A DNA stretch of 64,000 nt, from contig CAZFHY010000002.1 in assembly GCA_964519305.1 (NCBI GenBank), positions 127,652 to 191,651 on the forward strand. The letters are read 5' to 3'. Position 1 is the stretch's first letter, and every line of letters begins with the position of its first letter. A program made the position numbers and the translations under genes. A model generated the notes under the pieces. That model ran no database searches. It was not told the DNA's origin and saw nothing but the letters and a program-made list of their open reading frames with translations. This document shows positions 27,131-36,946 of the stretch, piece after piece. Source of the DNA: Candidatus Undinarchaeota archaeon (GTDB lineage: Archaea > SpSt-1190 > JASMDC01).

Positions 27131-28972
27131 CTACATCTTCCGTAGCGCTTCGATACCCAGCAGCTCCAGGGCATTGCGACAGGTTATCCGGAAAGCGTCG
27201 ACCAGGGCGAGCCGTGCGTCCAGCAAGTCCTCTTCAGCTTTTAGCACCGGTACGTCGCGGTAGAAGTCATTGAACACCGATGCCAGATGGTAGGTGTAGT
27301 TGGCCAGGGCATGAGGCTTTACCTCTTCCGCCGCTCGTCGTGCCTCGTCCGGGAACCGCGCGATGGTCTTCACAAGGGCGAGCTCGGCAGGCTCGGTGAG
27401 CTTCGACACGTCGGGGAGACCGGGAGTGGCCTTTTCCAGGATGCGGCAGGCGCGTGCGTGCGCGTATTGGATGTACGGGGCGGTCTCACCGTCGAAGTCA
27501 AGTACGTCCTCCCAGCGGAACACGATCTGCTTCTCGGGGAACGTGCGCACCAGAGCGTATCGTACCGCGCCTATTGCCACGGCCCTCGCGACTCGCTCCT
27601 TGAACAGGTCATCCTCATCCGGGTTGCGCTTCTCGACCTCTTCCATAGCACGCTTCACTGCTTCGTCGAGCACCGTATCGGCATCGAACCCGATCCATGT
27701 GCCCTCACGTCCTGAGAACTTCCCCTCGGGGAGCGTGACGTGCTCATAGGAGAGGTGATGCGAGTTGGTGAACTCCTTCTCGTGCCCCAAGGCCTTGAGC
27801 GCGTGGTACACGACCTGTTGCGGGTATTTCTGCTCCATTCCGATGACATTGACCACGATCTCGGCGTGACGTTGTTCCAATAGATCGCCCTTCATGGCAG
27901 TTGTGTGCAGGTGGCGGCCATCGGGACGGATACCGAAATCGGTGACGGGCATGCTAGCTTCCATGAGACCGAACTTCCACAACTGGAACGCGATGTCCTT
28001 GGCTGTGTACACTGCGGTGCCGTCTGAGCGCATGAGCACCTTGTCGTCCATCCCGTACTGACCGAGTCGGAGCACCCAAGTGCCCGCACGATCGCCCTCA
28101 TCATCGAGTTCGGCGGAGCCCGTCGACTTCAGTCGCTCGATGGCCTCGTCGAGAAGCTTGGCGTGTACGATGTCACTCTCGTACACCAGAAGGTCGTACA
28201 TTATACCCAGACGATAGGCCGTGATGAGCTGTGCTTTGACACAGTCGGTGCAGATCTCCCGGGCCCGGTCGAACACTCCTTCCTCACCCTCCTCGATACC
28301 CTTGATGATGGCTGCGATCTCTTTCTCGATGTCCGGGTCAAGCTCCTTGTTCACCTCGACATAGAGCTTGCCGAGGAACTGGTCGTACTTCTCGTCCCCA
28401 GCATCAACGTCCTTGTTGATGATGCCCCAGATCGTGGTGGCTACCTGCTTTCCCAGGTCATCGATGTAGTTCAGTACCTGGACGTCGTAGCCAACACCGG
28501 TCATGAGCCTGGCCACACAGTCACCCATCACGGCGTTCCGCGCATGTCCCATGTGCCATGGCTTATTGGGATTTACCGAAGTATGCTCAACGATGACCCT
28601 ACGGCCTTCGCCGATATGCCAGGTACCGTAGCCGTCGTCAGTAGCCTCGACGCGCTCGAGCGTCTCCTTTACAAAGACTTTTTCGTCCACTCGGAAGTTG
28701 ACGAATCCGGCACCTGCCACCTCGACCTTGCCCACATAATGACGTTTGGACGGGAAACGGGCAGTGATTACCTCAGCGATGGCCCGGGGGGCCTTCTTGA
28801 GGGGCTTGGCGAGCGAGAAAGCTACCGTGCATGAGAGGTCGCCGAGCTTTGGATCCGGTGGATCCTGCACCATTGTCTCCACATCAGGACGCTCCTCGAG
28901 CTCGAATCCCTCCAGTGCCTTCTCGAGCCCGCGAACGACCTCCTGCCGGAACCTGTGCCAGACGCTTCCCAT
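27131..28972 (-). CDS. argS: Arginyl-tRNA synthetase
   Basis: VEHTSVNPNKPWHMGHARN (HIGH motif), RSDGT.VY..KD, KFSGR.G, YIQYAHARA and C-terminal LGI...KM. Confidence 0.97.
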   Translation of the reverse strand: MGSVWHRFRQEVVRGLEKALEGFELEERPDVETMVQDPPDPKLGDLSCTVAFSLAKPLKKAPRAIAEVITARFPSKRHYVGKVEVAGAGFVNFRVDEKVFVKETLERVEATDDGYGTWHIGEGRRVIVEHTSVNPNKPWHMGHARNAVMGDCVARLMTGVGYDVQVLNYIDDLGKQVATTIWGIINKDVDAGDEKYDQFLGKLYVEVNKELDPDIEKEIAAIIKGIEEGEEGVFDRAREICTDCVKAQLITAYRLGIMYDLLVYESDIVHAKLLDEAIERLKSTGSAELDDEGDRAGTWVLRLGQYGMDDKVLMRSDGTAVYTAKDIAFQLWKFGLMEASMPVTDFGIRPDGRHLHTTAMKGDLLEQRHAEIVVNVIGMEQKYPQQVVYHALKALGHEKEFTNSHHLSYEHVTLPEGKFSGREGTWIGFDADTVLDEAVKRAMEEVEKRNPDEDDLFKERVARAVAIGAVRYALVRTFPEKQIVFRWEDVLDFDGETAPYIQYAHARACRILEKATPGLPDVSKLTEPAELALVKTIARFPDEARRAAEEVKPHALANYTYHLASVFNDFYRDVPVLKAEEDLLDARLALVDAFRITCRNALELLGIEALRKM

Positions 28973-29026
28973 CGCATCCGACACCCCGCGTTAATCTTTT
29001 AATGTTACCCCCATAAGCCGCATTCG

Positions 29027-29758
29027 ATGCCGGGTTTCTTCATCTCGTTCGAGGGCGCGACGGGTGTGGGAAAGACCACTATGGCCACCCGGCTATGCGA
29101 TGCTCTCAAGGAGCGCGGCCATGATGTGCTGATCGTACCTGAGTTCTCGGACTCGCTAATCGGCCGCTCGATCCACGAGAGCCTCACACGTGATCCGTTC
29201 CTTCGGCTTCCGCCCCTGTCCGAGACCCTGCTGGTCACGGCCGACCGTGCGTTCTTCACCGAGCGTGTGATCGTCCCCGCCCTAAAGCAGGGCAAGGTGG
29301 TGATCAAGGACCGGTACTACGACTCGACCTATGTATACCAGCCCTACCGGTTCATGGAGGACGGTTACCACACGAGCAAGGAGCAGGTGTTCAAGTGGCT
29401 GGACGCGTTCCATGACTACTTCGTCATCCGCCCGAACATTACCTTCCTCCTACAGGCCGGGCCCGAGGACGCTCTGAAGCGACAGGCCCTGAACAAGGGC
29501 TGGCGCATCACTAGTGAGGACGTCCGCATGGCAGAGGAGACGGCCAAGATCTATGAGGACCTGGTCTCGCGGGACCCTGCCCGATTCATCAGGATCGATT
29601 CATATGTTTCCACGATCGATGCTGTGGCCGAGAAGGTGCTCAACAAGACATTGGATGTGATGAGAAAGGACCACCACATCCACGCTCCCGACCTATTCAA
29701 GGAGGACCTCTCCCAGAAGACACTGGCCGATTTCGGGAACGGGAAACCCCAGATCTAA
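29027..29758 (+). CDS. tmk: Thymidylate kinase
   Basis: FISFEG..GVGKTT, ADR and VIKDRYYDSTYVYQ motifs. Confidence 0.93.
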   Translation: MPGFFISFEGATGVGKTTMATRLCDALKERGHDVLIVPEFSDSLIGRSIHESLTRDPFLRLPPLSETLLVTADRAFFTERVIVPALKQGKVVIKDRYYDSTYVYQPYRFMEDGYHTSKEQVFKWLDAFHDYFVIRPNITFLLQAGPEDALKRQALNKGWRITSEDVRMAEETAKIYEDLVSRDPARFIRIDSYVSTIDAVAEKVLNKTLDVMRKDHHIHAPDLFKEDLSQKTLADFGNGKPQI

Positions 29759-29854
29759 GCGACCGCCTGCTTACCAAAGTTCAACGTGCAGCTCCAGCTA
29801 TACCTTGGCGGTGACCACAAAACCGATAAATAACTGTCGGGATTCCTTATGACC

Positions 29855-30109
29855 ATGGCCGGCTGTCCGCCTATCCAGATGCCGGTGACCGGTGATCCTG
29901 AAACACTGTTCGAGCGCATCAACAAGCGTCTCGCTGATTATGGTATCGAGCTCTCGGGCGACATTGGGAGTGGTAGGTTCGATGGGAAAGGGATAACCGG
30001 TGAGTACGTAGTCGCCGATAACGTGGTCACTGTGACCGTAACCAGTAAACCGCCCTTAGTACCCTGTAGCATGGTCGAGCGTGAGCTACGGAAGCTGTTC
30101 GAGTACTGA
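29855..30109 (+). CDS. Small hypothetical alpha/beta protein
   Basis: Coding-like composition; ATAAATAA lies ~22 nt upstream; G..GEY.V....VTVTV..KP..VP pattern. Confidence 0.65.
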   Translation: MAGCPPIQMPVTGDPETLFERINKRLADYGIELSGDIGSGRFDGKGITGEYVVADNVVTVTVTSKPPLVPCSMVERELRKLFEY

Positions 30110-30167
30110 CGGCCACCGCCCGCTCCGCCGATACATTCTTAATACTTCCGCCGCCCATTCCCAAGCG

Positions 30168-30551
30168 ATGGACGAGGAGCAACCGGCGATGGACAAGGAG
30201 GCGATCATCAAGCTCACAGCTGCGGTGGTGGGCATCCTTCTCGTGCTGGTAGCTTCCGTGTGGCTCAATCCCGTTGAGGAACCGGTGATAGAGGTCGTAA
30301 ACCTAGAGCGTACCGGCTCGCAGGTGTTCTTCACGGTACGTTGGTCACAGGTCCACGCCCAGGACCACGTGCTCCAAGTAAGCGTCTTCCGGGACGGGGA
30401 GCGCCTTATCGAACCCTCGACGTTCCACATCCCGGGGAAAGCGAAGGGCGAGAAAGAGTTCTCGTTCACCGTGGACGGCGAGGCCACCTTCCGCATCGCC
30501 ATCACAGACATCGGCGGTTCACCTCTGAAAGAGGTAGTCCGGCGTAAGTGA
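30168..30551 (+). CDS. Small membrane-anchored protein with an Ig-like beta domain
   Basis: One TM helix followed by alternating beta strands; TTAATA lies ~24 nt upstream of ATG 30168. Confidence 0.65.
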   Translation: MDEEQPAMDKEAIIKLTAAVVGILLVLVASVWLNPVEEPVIEVVNLERTGSQVFFTVRWSQVHAQDHVLQVSVFRDGERLIEPSTFHIPGKAKGEKEFSFTVDGEATFRIAITDIGGSPLKEVVRRK

Positions 30552-30633
30552 TCCCGCGGGGCCTCGCGGCGGATGAATCTTTATAAACGATCATTGTATA
30601 TCTCCCAACACCACCCCCGTGGAGGCAGACATA

Positions 30634-30993
30634 ATGGAGAAGCTCTTCGATAAGATCAAGGAATTCCTCTCGAGCAAGAAAGGCAGCTTCCGGGAGGAGC
30701 TCCCCATGGACCTCCCTGAACTTCAGCTCGCAGGAGATCCGGACCACAACCGGGCCACCATGACCGTGCATTCGCTAGAGGAACTGAAGGATACCTACAA
30801 CATCCTCAACGAGTACCGCGGCGACAAGATCGTGCTCATCAAGCTCGGGAAGGATATGCGGAAGAACACCTTCGCAATGAAGAAAGCCATCGACAGCTTC
30901 AAGCTGACGTGCGGCACCCGCAACGGAAGGGTCGCTGGTCTGGACGACCGCTGGCTCATCCTCCTCCCCAACGGTATCAGCATCGAGAACTAG
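30634..30993 (+). CDS. sepF: Cell-division protein SepF
   Basis: Amphipathic N-terminal helix; L..LKD...I......KIVLI, KKAID..K..C...NG.VAG and WLILLP.GI motifs; SD GGAGG at 30621-30625. Confidence 0.82.
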   Translation: MEKLFDKIKEFLSSKKGSFREELPMDLPELQLAGDPDHNRATMTVHSLEELKDTYNILNEYRGDKIVLIKLGKDMRKNTFAMKKAIDSFKLTCGTRNGRVAGLDDRWLILLPNGISIEN

Positions 30994-30999
30994 GTGTGC

Positions 31000-31042
31000 A
31001 TGGGGGGCGCCCCGAGCGCCCCCCCATCCACGCCCGCTCGGG
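31000..31042 (+). other. GC-rich RNA structure 3' of sepF (hairpin or H-type pseudoknot)
   Basis: ATGGGGGG (31000-31007) pairs with CCCCCCAT (31020-31027); CCCGAGCG (31011-31018) pairs with CGCTCGGG (31035-31042). Confidence 0.55.
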
Positions 31043-31098
31043 CACCATATTCTTTTAAAGCCTGAACATCCTTTCCTCTCTATCTGGAGCTTCTACTC

Positions 31099-32364
31099 AT
31101 GATAGGGTTCGTGCTCGCTGCCATCGCCTTAGGTGGGTGCCTTCTCGCCACTTGGTCCGATATTAAGACCAAGGAGATCCCGAACGAGCTCAACCTGCTC
31201 CTCATCCTTGCAGGCATCTACATCCGCACCTACCACGTCATCAACACCGGGGATCATGAGTTCATAACGACACCACTCGTCGTTGCGCTCTATTATTTCA
31301 TAGGCTCGGCGGCGCTCTATTACAGCTGTCAGTGGGGAGGCGGGGATGTCAAGCTCCTAATAGCTATCGGGTGCCTGCTGGGCACTTTCCCGCAGGAGTT
31401 CTTCTATCTGGAGGACCATTTAGGGTTCGAGATAATGCCCGGTGCGGCAGCAGCAGGGATCCCCAAGGTCGCGGGCAATCCCCGATGTCTGGCACCTTGC
31501 ATTGATCCGCCTTGGCCGTTCTGGGCCACTATGGTATTCAACATAATGTTCGTTGGCGCGGTATACGGACTCATGGCCGCCCTGTACCTGGGATTGCGTA
31601 ATCCCAAGGCCATCACTGAGCTGAAGCGGACCGTGCGACGTGATGAGAAGGAGCTCGTAGTTGTGCTCCTCGGATGCGCTGTGTTCATCCTGTTGGTGGG
31701 CTACGGTCTCACGGACACGCTAGACCTGTCATACTTGATCCGCTCCTGGCCGCTGTACATTCAGTTCGCCTTCATGTGGTTCCTCATCAAGTTCGCCCAT
31801 ATTATCCAGGACGTATCCATGAAACGGGAGGTGCCTGTGGACGAGCTTCAGGAGGAGGACTGGATCGATGAGGACGTCATCGTGGACGAGCCCGTGTTCG
31901 CCTGGGAGGAGGTCCCGGGAAAGATAGCGGAGGCAGCGCTCATAGACCATCTTCGGATGCTGGAAGGAGTTGAGCTCGAGGGTAAAGCAACCGTGGAGAA
32001 GAAGGACGATATAATCACCATTAAGGGCAAGGTGCGGAAGCTAACGCTCACGTTGGAGGACAAGGACGAGAAGGTGGTACTCCGTGAGAAGGGCTCCGTG
32101 CTCGCCGAGTACGTGGTCCGCAAGGACGAGGACGATCGGTCGGTCGTTACACTTCCCGACCGGGAGGTCGCATCGACCTGGGACCCCGGTGTGTCCCAAG
32201 AGCAGATCGACGAGATCGTGCGCCTGGCCAAGGAAGGCCGGTTCAAGGACACTATCCGCATCAAGGAGGGAGTGCCGTTCGCTCCTGTATTCCCTCTGGC
32301 AGTGCTCGTGAGTTTGCTCTTCGGAGACGTTATCTTTTTGATTATACTGCGGTATTCTATCTGA
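31099..32364 (+). CDS. Prepilin/prearchaellin peptidase (A24, PibD/FlaK/EppA-like)
   Basis: Catalytic SDIKTKEIPN and GGGDVKLL (GxGD) motifs; C-terminal VPFAPVF; polytopic. Confidence 0.9.
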   Translation: MIGFVLAAIALGGCLLATWSDIKTKEIPNELNLLLILAGIYIRTYHVINTGDHEFITTPLVVALYYFIGSAALYYSCQWGGGDVKLLIAIGCLLGTFPQEFFYLEDHLGFEIMPGAAAAGIPKVAGNPRCLAPCIDPPWPFWATMVFNIMFVGAVYGLMAALYLGLRNPKAITELKRTVRRDEKELVVVLLGCAVFILLVGYGLTDTLDLSYLIRSWPLYIQFAFMWFLIKFAHIIQDVSMKREVPVDELQEEDWIDEDVIVDEPVFAWEEVPGKIAEAALIDHLRMLEGVELEGKATVEKKDDIITIKGKVRKLTLTLEDKDEKVVLREKGSVLAEYVVRKDEDDRSVVTLPDREVASTWDPGVSQEQIDEIVRLAKEGRFKDTIRIKEGVPFAPVFPLAVLVSLLFGDVIFLIILRYSI

Positions 32365-32368
32365 CGTC

Positions 32369-34075
32369 ATGGCTATCGTCGTATTCAGGCGCAGGGACGG
32401 ACTCGCCCGAGAATGCTCTCTACGCATAGCGAGCGGGGACCTGCGCACACCCACCCTCATCCCAAACGATTGTTCTCTCGTCTCGCCCCGCCCTGATGCC
32501 CGTATGCTCTCACGTGCACCGCCCGCAGAGGACGGCGCCGCCCTGACCGACGTACCATCCTTCCGGTTCACGGCCCATTCCCCCGCCGCCATTGCCCGTC
32601 CACTGGCCCAGCGCAACATTGACCTCCTGACCGCTGCCGATGGGCCGACATCACTGGGTCATTTACACCTCACACAGCACAATGACATCCTGGATCTGCA
32701 GCTGGATGCATTGTACGATAGTGGCGTGCCTGTAGCCTGGATACGGAATCCTGATGAGCTAAATGGTACCGACCTCGTCCGGAAGCTTATCGCCGTGAAG
32801 GAATCACTTCCCGATGTTGTGCTCATCGCGTCCACTAAGCACTTCGAGCTTATCCCCTTCCTAGTGATGTGCGGGGTGGACGTGTTCGATCCCGTTCCCT
32901 TGTCGCTCGAGCCCGCCCGGGGACGCATGCTCCACGACCTGGCGCCACTGACCGTGGACGAGCCCACGGACAAGCTCCGGGCCGATACCTTGACATCAAT
33001 TTCCCGTACCCTTGACCTCTTGCGTGCTGCTGTCAAAGCAGGGACGGTACGTGAGACCGTGGAGGGCTATTGTGCCCGTGATGTGGAGGCCATGCGCACG
33101 CTCAAGCTCTGGGACATGGCTGACACGGCTCGGTTCGCTGACCGGGTCAAGGCCTCGCCCCAGAGGTTCGTGCTGGCCGCTTCCTTAGGCCGTCCCGAGG
33201 TCGTGCGCTGGGAACGGGACATCCGCGAGCGCTACACACCTCCATCACTTCCTGTGCTCCTCCTTCTACCTTGCTCATTCACGAAACCCTACTCCCGCTC
33301 GCGCACTCACCAGGCCGTACGAGAGGCGATAGGACGACAAGGGAGCGTGCACGAGGTGATCGTCACCTCACCCTTGGGCGCGGTCCCCAGGGAGCTCGAA
33401 GGCGTGTACCCTGCTGCCCACTACGATATCCCTGTGACCGGTACCTGGAGCGCTGAGGAGATAGACCGCTCCGCCTCCTTGGTCCAGGACATAATCGCTA
33501 AGGGCGCTTACGAGCAAGTGATGGGGTATCTGCCCGGTTCGTACGGACTTGTCGCAGCGGAACTTGCTGCCCGTGGTGTGGACGTCGACGTGGCGACCGA
33601 GCTACAGGCCTTGGCCCGCCTACTGGCTGAGGACGCGCACGACGAGCGTCGTGCCTGGGGAAAGGAGATGTCACGGGCCGTGTTGGATATCCAGTTCGGA
33701 CCTGGAGCATGGAGCGGGCTCGAACCGTTCCACTATCGCAAGGGGACCCTTCGCCACAAGGACACTCGTGATCGCTTGTCAGCGCTCGATCCGGACACCG
33801 GTCTTTGGGCGCTAACCATCGCTGGGGCCCGCGCGATGGGCGACCGGCCCGAGCATAGAGTGGACATCGCTCCCTTCGAGTTCAAGGCCAGCATCTTCGC
33901 TCCCGGAGTGATGGCCGCCGCTGACGATATCCAGCGTGGGGACGATGTGATCGTGTTCACGGAGGGGCAGGTCGTGGCCGTGGGCATCGCAGAGATGTCC
34001 GGGCCTGAGATGGTACTATCCCGACGTGGTCTGGCCATCAACGTGCGCGAGCGCGCTGATATGGGAGGTGACTAG
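32369..34075 (+). CDS. arcS: Archaeosine synthase subunit ArcS
   Basis: Degenerate TGT-like N-terminus; PCS..KPYS.S..H, VTSPLG.VPRELE and YDIPVTG.W motifs; C-terminal PUA domain. Confidence 0.9.
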   Translation: MAIVVFRRRDGLARECSLRIASGDLRTPTLIPNDCSLVSPRPDARMLSRAPPAEDGAALTDVPSFRFTAHSPAAIARPLAQRNIDLLTAADGPTSLGHLHLTQHNDILDLQLDALYDSGVPVAWIRNPDELNGTDLVRKLIAVKESLPDVVLIASTKHFELIPFLVMCGVDVFDPVPLSLEPARGRMLHDLAPLTVDEPTDKLRADTLTSISRTLDLLRAAVKAGTVRETVEGYCARDVEAMRTLKLWDMADTARFADRVKASPQRFVLAASLGRPEVVRWERDIRERYTPPSLPVLLLLPCSFTKPYSRSRTHQAVREAIGRQGSVHEVIVTSPLGAVPRELEGVYPAAHYDIPVTGTWSAEEIDRSASLVQDIIAKGAYEQVMGYLPGSYGLVAAELAARGVDVDVATELQALARLLAEDAHDERRAWGKEMSRAVLDIQFGPGAWSGLEPFHYRKGTLRHKDTRDRLSALDPDTGLWALTIAGARAMGDRPEHRVDIAPFEFKASIFAPGVMAAADDIQRGDDVIVFTEGQVVAVGIAEMSGPEMVLSRRGLAINVRERADMGGD

Positions 34076-34077
34076 GG

Positions 34078-35004
34078 ATGACCTACTGGTTCTTCGAGAA
34101 CGACCGGGGGCCTGAGGGGCCGCTGCGCTACCTCACCCTGATCCTCACCACCCGCGGATGTTCATGGGCCCGCGGTAAAGGCCCTTGTTTGATGTGCGGC
34201 TACCAGGCCGACGCAGATCCGACCATTTCGCCCGATGCGGTCGTGGCGCAGGTAGCAGGTCTTAGCGACCAGCTCTCCCAAGCAGAGGGTGTGAAGCTCT
34301 ACACTTCAGGGAGCATACTGGATGATGACGAGCTCCCGACCGACCTCCGGCTCAAACTGCTCGCCCGCATTGCTGCTAGCCCGGCCCGCGAGGTCGTGTT
34401 GGAGACACGGGCCGATCTGGTCACCCGGGAGGGAGTGGCCAAGGTGCTGGCCGCCCTGCCGGACAAGCATGTGGAGTTCGCTATGGGACTTGAGTCGTCC
34501 AACGACGAGGTGCTCGCCCACTGTGTGCACAAACCCACCCGGTTCGCTGACGTGCGACGCGCTGCAGAGGAGATACGTGCTGCAGGCGCTGGCGTCAAGC
34601 TCTACCTCCTCCTCAAGCCACCTTTCCTAACCGAAAGCGAGGCGATCGACGACTGCCTTGCGTCATGTCGCGACGCGGCCAAGATCGCTGACACTGTGAC
34701 GATCAACCTGCTCAACGTGCAGAGAAGGACGCTCGTAGAGAAGCTATGGGGGCGGAACGAGTTCCGACCACCCTGGCTCTGGTCCGCGGTCGAGGTGGCC
34801 CGTGCCTGCCAGGACCTGCCCGTCCGTCTCCTCATGGGTCTGGCCGGGGCCGGCAGCCGGCGTGGCGCCTATAATTGTAAGCGCTGCTCCAAGCACGTAA
34901 CACGAGCTTTGCGACACGCGGCCCTGTCGGGTGACTACTCCCTGCCGGGTCTGGCTTGTGCATGCGAGAATGAATGGAGGGTATATCGTGAGCTTCGAGA
35001 TTAA
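34078..35004 (+). CDS. raSEA: Archaeosine biosynthesis radical SAM enzyme RaSEA
   Basis: TRGCSWA...CLMCGY, KLYTSGS, YLLLKPPFLTE and RPPWLWS motifs; lies between arcS and tgtA. Confidence 0.9.
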   Translation: MTYWFFENDRGPEGPLRYLTLILTTRGCSWARGKGPCLMCGYQADADPTISPDAVVAQVAGLSDQLSQAEGVKLYTSGSILDDDELPTDLRLKLLARIAASPAREVVLETRADLVTREGVAKVLAALPDKHVEFAMGLESSNDEVLAHCVHKPTRFADVRRAAEEIRAAGAGVKLYLLLKPPFLTESEAIDDCLASCRDAAKIADTVTINLLNVQRRTLVEKLWGRNEFRPPWLWSAVEVARACQDLPVRLLMGLAGAGSRRGAYNCKRCSKHVTRALRHAALSGDYSLPGLACACENEWRVYRELRD

Positions 35005-36940
35005 GCAAAAGGACGCATTGGGGCGTATCGGTGTGTTGAAGACCGCCAGCGGGAGCTTTGAGACGCCCACCATCATGCCGGTGATGAACCCGAATCCCGA
35101 GCACCAGCCCATCTCCGGTCCGGACCTCTATCGGCTCGGCGCCCGGACGGTTATCACCAACGCATACATTATCCACTCGCACGAGGACCTTCGCGCTCGT
35201 GCTCTGGACGAGGGTCTCCATGGCCTTACGAAGTTCCCGGGACCAGTGGCCACCGACTCCGGCGGGTTCCAGATATACACTTACGGCAACGTTGATGTGG
35301 ATGCCGCCGATATCGAGGCGTTCCAGGAGGACATTGGCTCCGACCTCGCGGTCATCCTCGATACTCCGCCTCCGCTTGACCTGCCCAAGGCGAAGGTACG
35401 CGCAGCCATCGATGTGACGCTGAAGCGTGCCCGCGAGAACGTTGAGCGGCGACGTAAGGATGACGTGCTGTGGTACGGCCCTGTGCACGGCCACATGTAC
35501 AAGGACCTTGTGAAGCGCTCTGCCCGTGGTATCTGCGAGCTGGATTTCCCGGTAGTGGCCATAGGCTCCTCGGTCCAGATGCTCGTGCGGTACATGTTCG
35601 CCGCTAACGCCCGTTCTGTCGCCAATGTGCGCGAGCACCTGCCTGCTGACCGGCCTGTCCATCTATTCGGTGCCGGTCACCCATTATACATGGCGGCCGC
35701 GGTGATGCTTGGTGTGGACCTATTCGACTCGGCCTTCTATGTGCTTGCGGCAAGGGATAACCGTTATATTACCCTCTCGGGCACACTCCACCTCGACCAG
35801 ATGACCGAGTTCCCCTGCTCGTGCGAGGTGTGCAGCCGCACGAGCCCTGGCGAGCTCATGAAGGCCGACCGGGCCACACGTACCAAGGCCCTGGCCACCC
35901 ACAATCTCATAGTCACCTTGGAAGAGCTCGCCCGCATCCGCGAGGCGATCAGGTCGGGCACGCTCCTTGAGCTCGCACTGCGACGGATGCGCTCACATCC
36001 CCGAATGGCAGAGATTCTCGACGACTTCAAGCGGTACGGCAAGCTCATGGAGCCCTTCGATCCCGTGTCGAAGCGCAGCGCGCTCCTCTACACAGGCCCC
36101 GAGACACGCTACCGGCCTGAAGTGGTCCGGTTTCAGCGAAGGCTATACGAGCGGTTCGACGGACCGGCACGTGACGTGCTGGCCGTGATCCCCGATCCGG
36201 GGATGACACCGTTCGCCTCGTCCGGGATTCACGTTCGGGCCCGTGCCTGGGTGCATACAGAGCACCCTGACGCCTCGGTCCAGTACTGTACGAGCTCGCA
36301 CCTGTTCGGGGTGGTCCCGGAACAGCTTGAGGAAGCGTACCCTGTGGCCCAGTGCCTCTATCCCCCCAGTTACCGGGGGCGGCCTGCTGACGTGCGCAGG
36401 TTCATCGATGCATTCGGTGAGCGCTATGGCACGGTGCTCATACTTACCGGGAAGGAACGCGTGTCGGGGAACGTGGATACTCCGCTGCCCGATCACGTAG
36501 AGACCGTGCGTGCACTCGCGGACCATCAGTTGTACAGGGGCGCTCGGGCACTGATACCCGATGGCTCTCGTGTGAAGCGATCCCGTAAGACCAAGCGATT
36601 GCGTGCTGTGTACGGTCCCGACGGTGAGCTCATCGCAGCACTAAGGGCGTCGGACCTCGCTATCATCCCCAAACTATCGATCCTGGATGCTATGCCCCCG
36701 GGTGTAAAGACCGTCGTCGTTGATGACGATGCAGCACCCTTCATACGCGAGGGTCGGAGCGCATTCTGCCGGTTCGTGGACAGCGCTGATCCGGGGATAG
36801 GGGCCCGGGACGAGGTGGCCGTGCGGGACCTGGAAGGAACGCTATTGGCCGAAGGTACTGCCCAGGTATCGGGTCGGGAGATGATCGACCTGTCGGCCGG
36901 TGTCGCTGTCAAGGTTCGGGAGTCGATCAAGGGCGAGTAG
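34988..36940 (+). CDS. tgtA: tRNA-guanine(15) transglycosylase (arcTGT)
   Basis: ETPTIMPV, ITNAY, DSGGFQ, HLFGAGHP and DLFDSA motifs; Zn site CxCxxC...H; PUA domain; GTG start after GGAGG. Confidence 0.95.
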   Translation: MSFEIKQKDALGRIGVLKTASGSFETPTIMPVMNPNPEHQPISGPDLYRLGARTVITNAYIIHSHEDLRARALDEGLHGLTKFPGPVATDSGGFQIYTYGNVDVDAADIEAFQEDIGSDLAVILDTPPPLDLPKAKVRAAIDVTLKRARENVERRRKDDVLWYGPVHGHMYKDLVKRSARGICELDFPVVAIGSSVQMLVRYMFAANARSVANVREHLPADRPVHLFGAGHPLYMAAAVMLGVDLFDSAFYVLAARDNRYITLSGTLHLDQMTEFPCSCEVCSRTSPGELMKADRATRTKALATHNLIVTLEELARIREAIRSGTLLELALRRMRSHPRMAEILDDFKRYGKLMEPFDPVSKRSALLYTGPETRYRPEVVRFQRRLYERFDGPARDVLAVIPDPGMTPFASSGIHVRARAWVHTEHPDASVQYCTSSHLFGVVPEQLEEAYPVAQCLYPPSYRGRPADVRRFIDAFGERYGTVLILTGKERVSGNVDTPLPDHVETVRALADHQLYRGARALIPDGSRVKRSRKTKRLRAVYGPDGELIAALRASDLAIIPKLSILDAMPPGVKTVVVDDDAAPFIREGRSAFCRFVDSADPGIGARDEVAVRDLEGTLLAEGTAQVSGREMIDLSAGVAVKVRESIKGE

Positions 36941-36946
36941 TGAAGC

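Noticed and set aside
30991-31099. SepF-prepilin peptidase fusion by stop-codon readthrough (same frame)
   Set aside because: A second in-frame stop (TGA 31063-31065) intervenes.
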